Positions 9,865-19,185 of a stretch of 64,000 nucleotides of DNA are shown piece by piece (within the stretch, counting starts at the first letter, position 1; each line of letters opens with the position of its first letter). Made by a program: the position numbers and the translations under genes. The notes beneath the pieces are model-generated. The model searched no databases and was not told where the DNA came from. It saw only the letters and a list, made by a program, of their open reading frames with translations. The stretch spans positions 713,267 through 777,266 of the forward strand of contig CAVOQQ010000003.1 in NCBI GenBank assembly GCA_963698395.1, read 5' to 3'. Origin of the DNA: an uncultured Acidimicrobiales bacterium. Lineage in GTDB: Bacteria; Actinomycetota; Acidimicrobiia; Acidimicrobiales; SZUA-35.

Positions 9865-10272
9865 TCAGTTGGCTGACGAGGAGACGTCTTGGCCGCTGAG
9901 GGCGTAGGACTCACGGAGGTGGTTCCACCAACAGCTTCGACAGATCTCGAGCGAGTAGCAGGTGGACGGCTTGCCGCGATGCCGCAGCCGGGTCATCTCT
10001 CGGAGGTCGGCAACGAGTCGCCCACCCTTGGGCAATCCGGCGCCGAAGGCGAAGGTGACCGTCACGAGTTCGTCGGCGTCGCAGATCGGGCACGGCTCGT
10101 CGAGGGGGGCCGCGTGATGGTGGGCCACCCGGCGGAGTTCGGGTTGGGCATCACACACCTCGGTTGCGGTGCGACGACCTTCGTGGAAGGCAGTGACCGT
10201 GCGCTGGCGCGCCAACCGATAGCTCACGACGCCATCGTTCTCGGAGGCTTGCCATCGGGGCATGGCGCTCAA
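9865..10272 (-). CDS. conserved hypothetical protein with CxxC...CxxC(W) motif (positional equivalent of mycobacterial Rv0049 / DUF5318-like)
   Basis: 135-aa ORF containing CPICD and CRSCWW, lying immediately upstream of the PBP as in other actinobacteria. The family name is inferred from position, not from a search. Confidence 0.7.
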   Translation of the reverse strand: MSAMPRWQASENDGVVSYRLARQRTVTAFHEGRRTATEVCDAQPELRRVAHHHAAPLDEPCPICDADELVTVTFAFGAGLPKGGRLVADLREMTRLRHRGKPSTCYSLEICRSCWWNHLRESYALSGQDVSSSAN

Positions 10273-10289
10273 GGGTAGCGACCGGCGAC

Positions 10290-11570
10290 CTATGAGTTCA
10301 GGCGGGGTGCCAGCTGACCCCAGGCACGCAGTTCGTCGACGGCTTCGTCGGGGGTCATCGGGCCCCGCTCGATGCGACGTTGCTCCAGGTATGCAACGGC
10401 CTTGCCGACCGCTGGACCGGGCACGAGATCGAAGGTCGACATGATGGTGGCGCCGTCGAGTGGCGGCCCGATCGGCACCAGCGACTCGGTGGACGCAAGG
10501 TCGTCGAGCGCCGTACGAAGCTCGTCTGCTCGCACCCTGGTCGTCTCGATCTGTCGACCGATGGCCAGCGCGTCATCGACCACGGTCAGGTCGTGACGAG
10601 CATCGGCGATGAGTCGGCGGACCCCGGCAGGTGTTGCGGTCCGCTCGTCGAGACCGTCGAGCAACGCCATCGTGCGCAGCGTGCGGCGTCGATCCTCGGT
10701 CGAGTACCGAAGCCTGGTGAGAAACGCTTCGGCCCGGTCCTGCCCATGCGGCAGCAACAAGCCGACGCGCCGGCGGGCCGGGTCGGGATCGGCGTCGACG
10801 AGCCGAAAGGATTCGCCAACGGCCCTTGGTGAGGGACCGAATCCCAGCACCCGTTCGAGTAGATCGACGTCGGCCAGAAACTCGAGTCCGCGCCGAGGAC
10901 GGGCGACCTGGAGCAAACGCTCGAGCTCGTCGTGCACTCGCTCGCGGGAAACGATGTCGAGTCGGGCGGCCAACGCTCGAGCCGCCGCCAGAAGCCCGGC
11001 GTCGGCCTTGAGGTCGAAGCGGGGAAGGAAGCGAGCAGCACGCAGCATGCGCAGCGGATCGTCGGAGAACGACACCAGCGGATCGAGCGGCGTCCGAAGT
11101 CGCCGCGCCGACAGGTCGTCGCAACCGCCGAAGGGGTCGTGGAGTCGACCGTCGACCAGCGAGACGGCCATGGCGTTGATCGTGAAATCACGGCGCGCCA
11201 GGTCGGTGCGGAGCTCGTCGCCGAACGCCACCTCGGGCTTGCGGCTCTGCGGGTCGTAGTCCTCGGCTCGGTACGTGGTGATTTCGACGTCGTAGGGCCC
11301 GACCTTGGCCCCGATCGTGCCGAACCGCTCCCCCTGCGTCCACAACGCCGACGCAAAGGGCCCGAGGAGATCCTTGATCACGCCAGGACGAGCCGACGTC
11401 GTGGCGTCGATGTCGGCCGAGCGTTCGTCGACGCCGAGCAGAGTGTCGCGCACGATTCCTCCGACGAGGAAGAGCTCGTGACCGGCGGCGGCAAACGCCT
11501 CGCCGACGCCGCGCATTGCTTCGATGGTCGGCCCGAAATCCGCCTGGTGGTCGCCGTACCTCTCCGGCAT
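10290..11570 (-). CDS. cca: CCA-adding tRNA nucleotidyltransferase / poly(A) polymerase family
   Basis: Pol-beta head motif LFLVGGIVRDTLLG...DIDATT, then RDFTINAMA. Its start overlaps the stop of the upstream deacetylase gene by 1 nt. Confidence 0.9.
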   Translation of the reverse strand: MPERYGDHQADFGPTIEAMRGVGEAFAAAGHELFLVGGIVRDTLLGVDERSADIDATTSARPGVIKDLLGPFASALWTQGERFGTIGAKVGPYDVEITTYRAEDYDPQSRKPEVAFGDELRTDLARRDFTINAMAVSLVDGRLHDPFGGCDDLSARRLRTPLDPLVSFSDDPLRMLRAARFLPRFDLKADAGLLAAARALAARLDIVSRERVHDELERLLQVARPRRGLEFLADVDLLERVLGFGPSPRAVGESFRLVDADPDPARRRVGLLLPHGQDRAEAFLTRLRYSTEDRRRTLRTMALLDGLDERTATPAGVRRLIADARHDLTVVDDALAIGRQIETTRVRADELRTALDDLASTESLVPIGPPLDGATIMSTFDLVPGPAVGKAVAYLEQRRIERGPMTPDEAVDELRAWGQLAPRLNS

Positions 11571-12574
11571 CAGTAACGAAAGTGCAAGCTGCGAACCATG
11601 TCGACGATCTCGATGCCCGGACCACCCGAGGTTGCCGACTCGCGATCGACCGCAACGCCAACCGCAGCGCCGGCCACCGAAGCCGTGCAGTCATAGAGCG
11701 CTTGGAGGTCGTAGCCACCTTCGAGGAACAGCAGCCGCTGCGAGGCGGGAACGAGCGGGAGCATGTTGGCGACGATGTCGGCGTAATCGCCGGCGCTGAG
11801 GCCGAGATCGGTGAGCGGATCGGTCTTGTGTCCGTCGAATCCGGCGGAAATCAGCAACCACGTGGCCTTGTGTCGCTCGATTGCCGGCGCGATCACGGTG
11901 TTGAAGGCGTGGCGGAGAACGTCGCCGGTGGCGAACGCCGGCAGTGGAATGTTGATCGTGGTTCCCTCACCCGCGCCGGTACCGACCTCGTCGACGCGTC
12001 CGGTGTAGGGGTACCACGGGAACTGATGGGCGCTGATGAACAGCACATCTGGGTCGTCGTAGAAGATGGCCTGGGTGCCATTGCCATGGTGGGCGTCGAT
12101 GTCGACGATGGCGACTCGCTCGCCTCGGTCCGCCAACAAGCGTGCGGTCACGGCGATGTTGTTGATGAGACAGAAGCCCATCTGGGTGTCGGCAAGGGCG
12201 TGATGACCGGGCGGTCGCACCACCGACCAACCGACGTCGGCCTCGCCGCGGTCGAGCGCGGCAACGAGATCGAGCCCGGCGCCGGCCGCTCGCAGGGCAG
12301 CCCGATAGGAGTCTTTCGATACGAAGGTGTCGCCATCGATCCCTCCCCCACCCGCATCGCACAACGCTTCCAGCGAATCGAGCAAGGCGCCAGGGTGCAC
12401 CCGTTCGACCAGCGAACGCGGCGCCTCGGAGGCCTCGATCCACTCGAGCGCGTCGTTGATGCCAGCGCCCTCGAAACCCTTGAGGACGGCGGTGAGGCGG
12501 TCAGGCCGTTCAGGATGATCGGCACCCGGATCATGCATCCGGCACAGATCGTGCGTGGCGAGCAACATCGACAT
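11570..12574 (-). CDS. histone-deacetylase-family (AcuC/HDAC-like) deacetylase
   Basis: RPPGHHA, DIDAHHGNGTQAIFYDDPDVLFISAH and GGYDL motifs. Confidence 0.9.
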   Translation of the reverse strand: MSMLLATHDLCRMHDPGADHPERPDRLTAVLKGFEGAGINDALEWIEASEAPRSLVERVHPGALLDSLEALCDAGGGGIDGDTFVSKDSYRAALRAAGAGLDLVAALDRGEADVGWSVVRPPGHHALADTQMGFCLINNIAVTARLLADRGERVAIVDIDAHHGNGTQAIFYDDPDVLFISAHQFPWYPYTGRVDEVGTGAGEGTTINIPLPAFATGDVLRHAFNTVIAPAIERHKATWLLISAGFDGHKTDPLTDLGLSAGDYADIVANMLPLVPASQRLLFLEGGYDLQALYDCTASVAGAAVGVAVDRESATSGGPGIEIVDMVRSLHFRY

Positions 12575-12784
12575 GACTCCACGCTAGGTGGTCACAGCCG
12601 TTCTGTCCCAGTCCTTTGGTCACCAACTGTGTGACGCAGAGGCCAGACCGGCGCCCGACTCGTGATCCTGGAACCGCTCGGTCGTTGGCCCACCCACCAC
12701 TCCGAGGACCTAGCCTGACGGTCGGTGGATCACTTGCACCCGCACTCGCACCGCACCGGGCTACACCGGAGTTGGACCAATCCC

Positions 12785-13465
12785 GTGTCGTTCGTCGGGC
12801 TACGGGTCGTTCCTTGGCGCGGCGACGCCCACGTTGCCCTCGTCGGACCCCGGCGTGACGGCCGACGACCCAGCTCGTTCGACATCATCCATTGCCTCGA
12901 AGACCTCGCTCGGCGTGGCGTCGTCCAAGCCATCACCCCGGCGCTCGGCCAACTCGACGCCCAACCGTTCCTCGATGCCGGCTTCCGGCTCCACGAGAAC
13001 CTGCACCTCTTGGCCAATCGCCTCGACGAGCATCTCCCGGCACCCGCCCATCGGCTCAAGCCCGGGCGACCCTGGCATCGGTCGGCCGTTCTCGCCGTCG
13101 ACACCCAGGCCTTCGAGCCGTTCTGGCAGTTCGACCGCCTGTCGCTACGGGAGGCTCGCCATGCAACACCCGCCAGTCGGTTCCGGGTGGCCACCGTCGA
13201 CGGTGCCGTCGTCGGTTACGCCGTCACCGGTCGGGCCGGTGATCGCGGCTACCTTCAGCGCCTTGCCGTCGCACCGGCTGCGGCCGGTCGAGGACTCGGC
13301 ACCGCTCTGGTCCTCGATGGTTTCCACTGGCTCAAGAAGCGCGGCGTCCACACCGTCATGGTCAACACTCAGGAACACAACGAGCGTGCCCTCGACCTCT
13401 ACGAGCACCTGGGTTTCGAGCGCCAACACCCCGGCCTCGTCGTGCTTCGCTGGGACGCCGCGTGA
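12785..13465 (+). CDS. GNAT family N-acetyltransferase
   Basis: Acetyl-CoA motif LAVAPAAAGRGLGTALV...NERALDLYEHLGF. The in-frame GTG at 12785 is preferred; the ORF track starts at 12725. Confidence 0.8.
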   Translation: MSFVGLRVVPWRGDAHVALVGPRRDGRRPSSFDIIHCLEDLARRGVVQAITPALGQLDAQPFLDAGFRLHENLHLLANRLDEHLPAPAHRLKPGRPWHRSAVLAVDTQAFEPFWQFDRLSLREARHATPASRFRVATVDGAVVGYAVTGRAGDRGYLQRLAVAPAAAGRGLGTALVLDGFHWLKKRGVHTVMVNTQEHNERALDLYEHLGFERQHPGLVVLRWDAA

Positions 13466-15477
13466 TCCTCACACTCGCCGACCTCGTCGCCAGGATCGGT
13501 GGCCGGCGCCGATCCTGGCGCACCCCCACACTCGCTGCCTTCATGATGGTTGCCTTCATGATGGTTGCCGTCCTGGTGATGCCGAGCCGTGCGAGCAGTC
13601 AAGACGACACGACGACCGACCAGGCCACCGAGGTCGGCGGAACCGATGAGGCCGATGAGCCCCCCGTGAGCACCGACCCCTTGACCGCCGGCTCCCTCAC
13701 GCTGCTCGGGCAGTCGCACTACGTCGCGGCCGATGGCGATTTCGTCGTGCGCTTGGGGTGGGATGGGCCGGTCGATGCCGATCTGGTGGTGGCCACGACC
13801 ATCCGAGGCAAGATCAACAGCGAGTCACAGTTGGGTGCCGACACCTCGGTCTTGAATCGACCACCGATCGTCCCGCTGGTCACGGTTCGTGAACCGGATG
13901 GTTCGCTGCTGATCGAGGTCCCGATCCGAAGCTTTCCCCAGTCGGTCGGCGATCCCCCCGATCGCATCCTCATCCCCGACCCGGGCGTCTACCCGGTGAT
14001 CATCGAGATCCGAGACTCGTTCGGCACCGTGGCCTCGCTGCGGACCTACCTGATTCGACTCCCCACCGAGACCGCCGAGATCGATCTGCAGGCAATGGCG
14101 GTCATCTTGCCAGTGAGTTCGGCCGACGGATTGACGATCGAGGACGTGATCACCCTCCTCGATCGGCACCCCACGCTTCCCGCCACCGTCCACCTCGAGA
14201 CCGGAGTGGTGTCGGAACTGATCGAAGACCCCGCCTCGGCCCTGGCCCTGAACATCGCCCTGCGCGACCGGACACTCATCGTCGGGTCGTCGCTCGATCT
14301 CGATCCTTCGGCGCTGGCCGAGATCGGTCAAGGTCACCTGTACGGCCAAGCGATCGAGTCCTCTCGTGCCGTCCTGGTCGACCTCGGTTTGGATCCGTCC
14401 ACCTCGACCCTTCCCATCGAACCTGCGCTGACGGTCGAAGGTGCCGAGCTGCTGAGAGACCTGGGCGTGTCGACGGTCTTCGATGCCGAAACCGGCCTCA
14501 GCGGGATCGTCATGACTCCATCGGGGCCCCTCCGAGTCACCGGCGTCGACGAGGAACTCACCTCGCTCCTGACGTCGGGGTCTGACGCCGTTGCGGCCGC
14601 TCACCGGCTGATCGCCCTGCTCGCCCTCCGGGCCGAGACCGATACCACGCCGATTCTCATCGGCGGGCCGACGCTCCGCCAGGCCTCGCTCGATGCGATC
14701 GACGTGATCATGACGGCTCAGGAGATGGTCGGTCTCCTCGAACCGGTGTCACTGGAGGAGTTCAGCGAGCTGAGTCCGCCCTTGACGCTCCGCACGGTCG
14801 AAAACCCAACCCAGGATCTGGTGCCGGTCTCCGATCTCATCTCCGAGAGTCTCGGACTCATCGAGAGCTACCGCAGCTTCCACGCATCAGGGGACCCCAG
14901 TCCGCAGACCTTCGAGAACGGGCTCTACGCCGCACTCGGTCGAGACCGCAATCCCGGTGATCGCCGCCGGGCGATCGAACAAGTCGATGCCCAGATACGC
15001 GATGCATTCGGAGTGGTCACCATCCGCGACGGACAGTCGATGACACTGACCGCCCGAGAATTGCTCGTGCCACTGAGCGTGGAGAGTTCGGCCTCCGGTG
15101 ATCGAATGATCGAGCTCCGGTTCACCGGCGACAAGGTGGCGGTGAAGGAAGACGGTCAGGTCTTCGTGATCCCGCCAGGACAGACCACCCTCGACATCAC
15201 CGTCGAGGCAAGAGCCCTCGGCTTGTCACCCCTCGATGTCCAGGCGTTCTCACCTGATGGACAGCAGGTCCTGTCGAGTACTCGCCTCCAGATCCGTTCG
15301 ACGGCCGTCCCGGGCCTCGGCCTTCTCCTGTCGGGAGCCGCCCTCGCCTTCCTGATCAGTTGGTGGATCGTGTCGATCGGGCGGACTCGGGCGCAGAGGC
15401 ACACGGCTGCGCTCGACGCCGACGCGGCGGCGGTTGGCGTTAACGTCGACGCCGACGGCCCCACCCGAACGATTTGA
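13462..15477 (+). CDS. large secreted/membrane-anchored protein of unknown function (positional equivalent of Rv3909 / DUF6049-like)
   Basis: 671 aa with an N-terminal signal/anchor and a C-terminal TM helix (GLGLLLSGAALAFLISWWIV). The GTGA overlap with the GNAT stop suggests translational coupling. Confidence 0.7.
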   Translation: MILTLADLVARIGGRRRSWRTPTLAAFMMVAFMMVAVLVMPSRASSQDDTTTDQATEVGGTDEADEPPVSTDPLTAGSLTLLGQSHYVAADGDFVVRLGWDGPVDADLVVATTIRGKINSESQLGADTSVLNRPPIVPLVTVREPDGSLLIEVPIRSFPQSVGDPPDRILIPDPGVYPVIIEIRDSFGTVASLRTYLIRLPTETAEIDLQAMAVILPVSSADGLTIEDVITLLDRHPTLPATVHLETGVVSELIEDPASALALNIALRDRTLIVGSSLDLDPSALAEIGQGHLYGQAIESSRAVLVDLGLDPSTSTLPIEPALTVEGAELLRDLGVSTVFDAETGLSGIVMTPSGPLRVTGVDEELTSLLTSGSDAVAAAHRLIALLALRAETDTTPILIGGPTLRQASLDAIDVIMTAQEMVGLLEPVSLEEFSELSPPLTLRTVENPTQDLVPVSDLISESLGLIESYRSFHASGDPSPQTFENGLYAALGRDRNPGDRRRAIEQVDAQIRDAFGVVTIRDGQSMTLTARELLVPLSVESSASGDRMIELRFTGDKVAVKEDGQVFVIPPGQTTLDITVEARALGLSPLDVQAFSPDGQQVLSSTRLQIRSTAVPGLGLLLSGAALAFLISWWIVSIGRTRAQRHTAALDADAAAVGVNVDADGPTRTI

Positions 15478-17099
15478 TCACCATGGACTCTGAGCGTGCG
15501 CTCGGCGCGCAATTGACAACCGGCTCGATGCTGGCTCGGCGCTACCGACTCCTCGCGCCCATCGCCACCGGTGGCATGGCCCAGGTATGGCGAGCCGAAG
15601 ACACCGTGCTCGGTCGCCAGGTCGCGGCCAAGGTCCTGCATCCCCATCTGGCGACCGATCAAGCCTTCCTCCTCCGGTTCCAGCGCGAAGCGATCGCCGC
15701 AGCCCGGCTGTCGCATCGCTCGATCGTCGGCATCTTCGACACCGTCTCCGATGACGGTGTCGAAGCCATCATCATGGAACTCGTCGAAGGACGCACGATG
15801 CGGGACGTCCTCGATGAGACCGGACCGATGCCGGTCGCCGACGTGCTCGATATCGGGGTGCAGGTGGCCGAGGCGCTGGGCGAGGCACACCGAGGTGGCG
15901 TGGTCCACCGCGACATCAAGCCGTCGAACATCTTGCTGTGCCCGGACCGCCGGGTCATGGTGACCGACTTCGGCATTGCCAAAGCCGGTGAAGACACCGA
16001 CCTCACCGTGACGGGCACACTGCTCGGCACGGCGAAGTACCTCTCCCCCGAACAGGTGCTCGGCGATGACGTCGACCCGCGCTCGGACCTCTACTCCCTC
16101 GGCGTCGTGCTCTACGAGGCCATTGCCGGTCGAGCGCCGTTCCGGGCGGAAACCGACGCCGCAACGGCGCTGGCCCGACTCCACCAGCAACCGCGACCAC
16201 TGAGGGAGTACCGCGGCGATCTGCCCCCCGAACTCATCGCCATCGTCGATCGACTTCTTGCCCGTGATCCCGAACAACGATGGTCTCGAGCCATCGACGT
16301 CCGTACCGCGCTGGCCGCGCTGACCAGGCCGGACCACCCGACAGCGAGCGACGCACACGACCCCACCCGAGCGCTCGACGCGCCGATCGCCCTGTCAGCG
16401 ACCGAAACCGAACCGCCGGCCGACGACGAATTCGATCACGGCGACGAAAACGAGCCGTTTCTCCGGTCCGAGCGTGGTTGGGTGGTGCCCACGCTGATCG
16501 TGCTCGTGCTGGCCGGCGCGCTCGTGCTCGCCGGCGTCCTGTTCACCAACGGCGGTGGGGTCGCCGACATCGCCTCACCCGGCGAAGGAGAGTTGACCGA
16601 CTCGACGATCCCGCTCACACCATTCAACGAACTGGTCGAACCCTCCGTCGCCGGACTCTCGACGATCGACCGCCCCAGCGAGGGCGGCGATGGCGAGGAA
16701 AACGACGCCTTGCTCGGCCTGGCGTTCGATGGCGACACCGACACCGTCTGGCGAAGCGACCTCTACCGGGGGCCGGGATTCGCCGGACTCAAGCCCGGTG
16801 TGGGCCTCCTGGTCGACCTCGGTGGTACCGCACGCGTGCAGCAACTCGATCTCGAAACCAACACCGATGGCTGGGCTGTCAGCATCTTCATCGGCTCGGA
16901 CTTCTCGGGCCCGATCGACAGCTGGGGGGAACCGATCGGCAGTGGCGCCGACCTCGATGGCCGAGAGAGCTTCGAATTCGACGACGCTCGAGGGAGCCAG
17001 CTCCTCGTGTGGATCACCGAGCCCGGTGTCTCGCCCGATCGAAATGGCGATGGGAACGACGACTTCCGCTTCGAGCTGGAGGAGATCTCGGTCGAATGA
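15474..17099 (+). CDS. Ser/Thr protein kinase with TM helix and extracellular discoidin/CBM-like domain
   Basis: VAAKVL (Lys), HRDIKPSNILL, DFGIAK and GTAKYLSPE motifs. TM helix VVPTLIVLVLAGALVLAGVLF. C-terminal AFDGDTDTVWRSD...LLVWI. An alternative ATG start lies at 15483. Confidence 0.93.
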   Translation: MITMDSERALGAQLTTGSMLARRYRLLAPIATGGMAQVWRAEDTVLGRQVAAKVLHPHLATDQAFLLRFQREAIAAARLSHRSIVGIFDTVSDDGVEAIIMELVEGRTMRDVLDETGPMPVADVLDIGVQVAEALGEAHRGGVVHRDIKPSNILLCPDRRVMVTDFGIAKAGEDTDLTVTGTLLGTAKYLSPEQVLGDDVDPRSDLYSLGVVLYEAIAGRAPFRAETDAATALARLHQQPRPLREYRGDLPPELIAIVDRLLARDPEQRWSRAIDVRTALAALTRPDHPTASDAHDPTRALDAPIALSATETEPPADDEFDHGDENEPFLRSERGWVVPTLIVLVLAGALVLAGVLFTNGGGVADIASPGEGELTDSTIPLTPFNELVEPSVAGLSTIDRPSEGGDGEENDALLGLAFDGDTDTVWRSDLYRGPGFAGLKPGVGLLVDLGGTARVQQLDLETNTDGWAVSIFIGSDFSGPIDSWGEPIGSGADLDGRESFEFDDARGSQLLVWITEPGVSPDRNGDGNDDFRFELEEISVE

Positions 17100-17225
17100 T
17101 CGGCCGGGTCCCCACGCCTTCGACAAATCATCGATGATCGGTTCAGGGCTTGGCAATAGGATCGGCCAATCGAACGGACCGACACAGATCTCGTACGAGC
17201 AGCCCAGTCAGGGGACCGCTCCGCC

Positions 17226-17720
17226 ATGGAGGCTCTGCTGTCGCGCCACTACGACCGGGTCTACGCGGTGTGCCGGCGCCTGGCCGGCAATGACGCCGAC
17301 GCCGCCGACGCCTGCCAGGAAGCGGTGATGGCCATCGTTCGTGGACTCGATCGATTCGACGGCCGATCGAGCTTCCGTACCTGGAGCTATCGAGTCGCCA
17401 CCAATGCCTGCCTCGACGAGCTGCGCCGCCGCTCCCGACGACCCCTCGCCCTGGTCGAAGGTCATGAGCCCGCCTCCGACGAGCCCGGACTCGATCAGCA
17501 GGTGGCGGACCGGGTCACCCTCGACGAACTCTGGATGCGCATCCCCGAAGAGTTCCGTGCGGCCGTGGTCATGCGCGATGTGGCGGGAATGGACTACGCC
17601 GAGATCGCCGAGGCCCTCGATCTGCCGCCGGGCACCGTGCGGTCTCGGATCGCTCGGGGCCGCCGCCACCTTGCGAAACATCTCGGGAACCAGACCATGA
17701 CCGACGAACGTCAGAGCTGA
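17226..17720 (+). CDS. ECF (SigM-like) RNA polymerase sigma factor
   Basis: Region 2 (FRTWSYRVATNACLDELRRR) and region 4 (MDYAEIAEALDLPPGTVRSRIARGR). A conserved-looking N-terminus continues upstream of the ATG (see findings). Confidence 0.9.
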   Translation: MEALLSRHYDRVYAVCRRLAGNDADAADACQEAVMAIVRGLDRFDGRSSFRTWSYRVATNACLDELRRRSRRPLALVEGHEPASDEPGLDQQVADRVTLDELWMRIPEEFRAAVVMRDVAGMDYAEIAEALDLPPGTVRSRIARGRRHLAKHLGNQTMTDERQS

Positions 17721-17724
17721 TGCC

Positions 17725-18703
17725 ATGAGTCAGCATTGGGACGAAATCGCCTCCGCCTATCTGGATGGAGAAGCATCGCCGTCAGAGATCGCCCGTCTCG
17801 AAGCCGATGCCGAGGGACAGGCCGCCCTCGCCGAACTGCGTCGTGTCGCCGAGGCCAACGCAGTGGTCCCTCTGCCGCCTCCGGGCCTCGCCGACCTTCA
17901 TCTCGGCGCCGCCCTCGATCTGTTCGACGAACGCAACGACCCATCGTCGTTGCAGACCCGCGAGCACTCGACCGCTCCGGCCACTGGCGTCTCTACCGGC
18001 AGCACCTCCCGTACGAGCGCAAGGCCGCCGGGTAACACCGGGTCGAACAACGTCGTGCCGCTGCGACGGCGCCGGGCAGGCGCCTGGCTCGCCACGGCGG
18101 CCGCCGGTCTCGTCGTCGTGGCCGGGGTGGGAATCGGGATCTCCCGGCTTGGTGACTCGTCCGACGACGTCGGCGGCGAAACCGCGTCGGCCTCCTCTTC
18201 GGCGGCGAGTGCCGAGCGGTTGGCAGCCGAAGGCGAGAGCGAAACCACGCTCGGAGCGTCGGCCCTGGCGGCCGACGGCCGACGCCGCCGGATCGATGGC
18301 CGACGATCAGGGATCCGCGGCGGCCGACGCCGAGGAGGCAGCAACGGCCACCGACGAGGCCGAGTCGATGGTGACATCAGTCACACCGACGACCATCGAT
18401 GCCGCCGATGGAACCGATCCCCCGGTGGCCGAGTTGACCGCCGACGACGACCTGTTCGCCGTTGCCGAGGCCCTGATGACCGAGGGTCTGATGTCCGACG
18501 AGCCCGGCACCGACATCGAACAGGTGCTCGAAACGTTGCAGGCCCGCTGCCCGGATGCCTTCGCCGGCTTCGACCAACCGGTTGGGGCACCCGTCCTCTT
18601 CGATGGTGCGTCGGCCACGCTCGTGATCAGTACCTCACCGACGAATCAGGCCATGGTGATCACCCGAGCGTGCTCGGTTCTGGCCGCCGATCAGCGACCC
18701 TGA
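17725..18703 (+). pseudogene. anti-sigma factor (cytosolic N-domain + TM + extracytoplasmic domain), apparently frameshifted near 18270
   Basis: The frame of 17725 gives ASAYLDGEASPSE, a TM helix AWLATAAAGLVVVAGVGIGI and an acidic linker, then turns into Arg-rich nonsense. The frame of ORF 17765..18703 becomes coding-like from about 18280 (…MADDQGSAAADAEE…LFDGASATLVISTSPTNQAMVITRACSVL). Confidence 0.7.
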
Positions 18704-18763
18704 TCGACCCCGCAGCGACGGGAACCCGGCATTTGCGGTGCTGACTGACTAGGATCGGCGCCG

Positions 18764-19117
18764 ATGTCCGACGCAGATGCCCTCACCAACGCCACCCCCG
18801 CCGCCCCAGCATCATCGGGCAACGACGATTGGCCCACCACCCTCACGGCAACCCTGGTGGGCTACGTCGACACGGTCAAAGGTGCCACCACCGGCAAGGC
18901 GCTCGTTGCGTCACGCATGGGGGTCTACTTCTTCCCCATTGCGCTCATCGCCATGGTGCTGGCCATTCTGGTCCTCATCATGCTGGTCCGACTGCTCGTC
19001 GTCGTCACCGGCTATCTGCCGTTCGTGGACGAAGGAAACCCGTGGATGGCCTATCTCATCCTCGGCTCATTGTTCACCGCGGTCGGCGCTCTGCTGTGGC
19101 GGAAGAAGGACGCCTAG
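18764..19117 (+). CDS. small two-TM membrane protein (hypothetical)
   Basis: 117 aa with helices VYFFPIALIAMVLAILVLIMLV and WMAYLILGSLFTAVGALLW, and good codon bias. Confidence 0.6.
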   Translation: MSDADALTNATPAAPASSGNDDWPTTLTATLVGYVDTVKGATTGKALVASRMGVYFFPIALIAMVLAILVLIMLVRLLVVVTGYLPFVDEGNPWMAYLILGSLFTAVGALLWRKKDA

Positions 19118-19185
19118 TCTGCGGTTGAAGTAGTGAGTGGGCTGCGCCAACATCACCCCAACCCCTGGCCCCACCCGGAGTACCA

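Noticed and set aside
15156-16358. 400-aa minus-strand ORF
   Set aside because: It is antisense to the Ser/Thr kinase gene and has no motifs.
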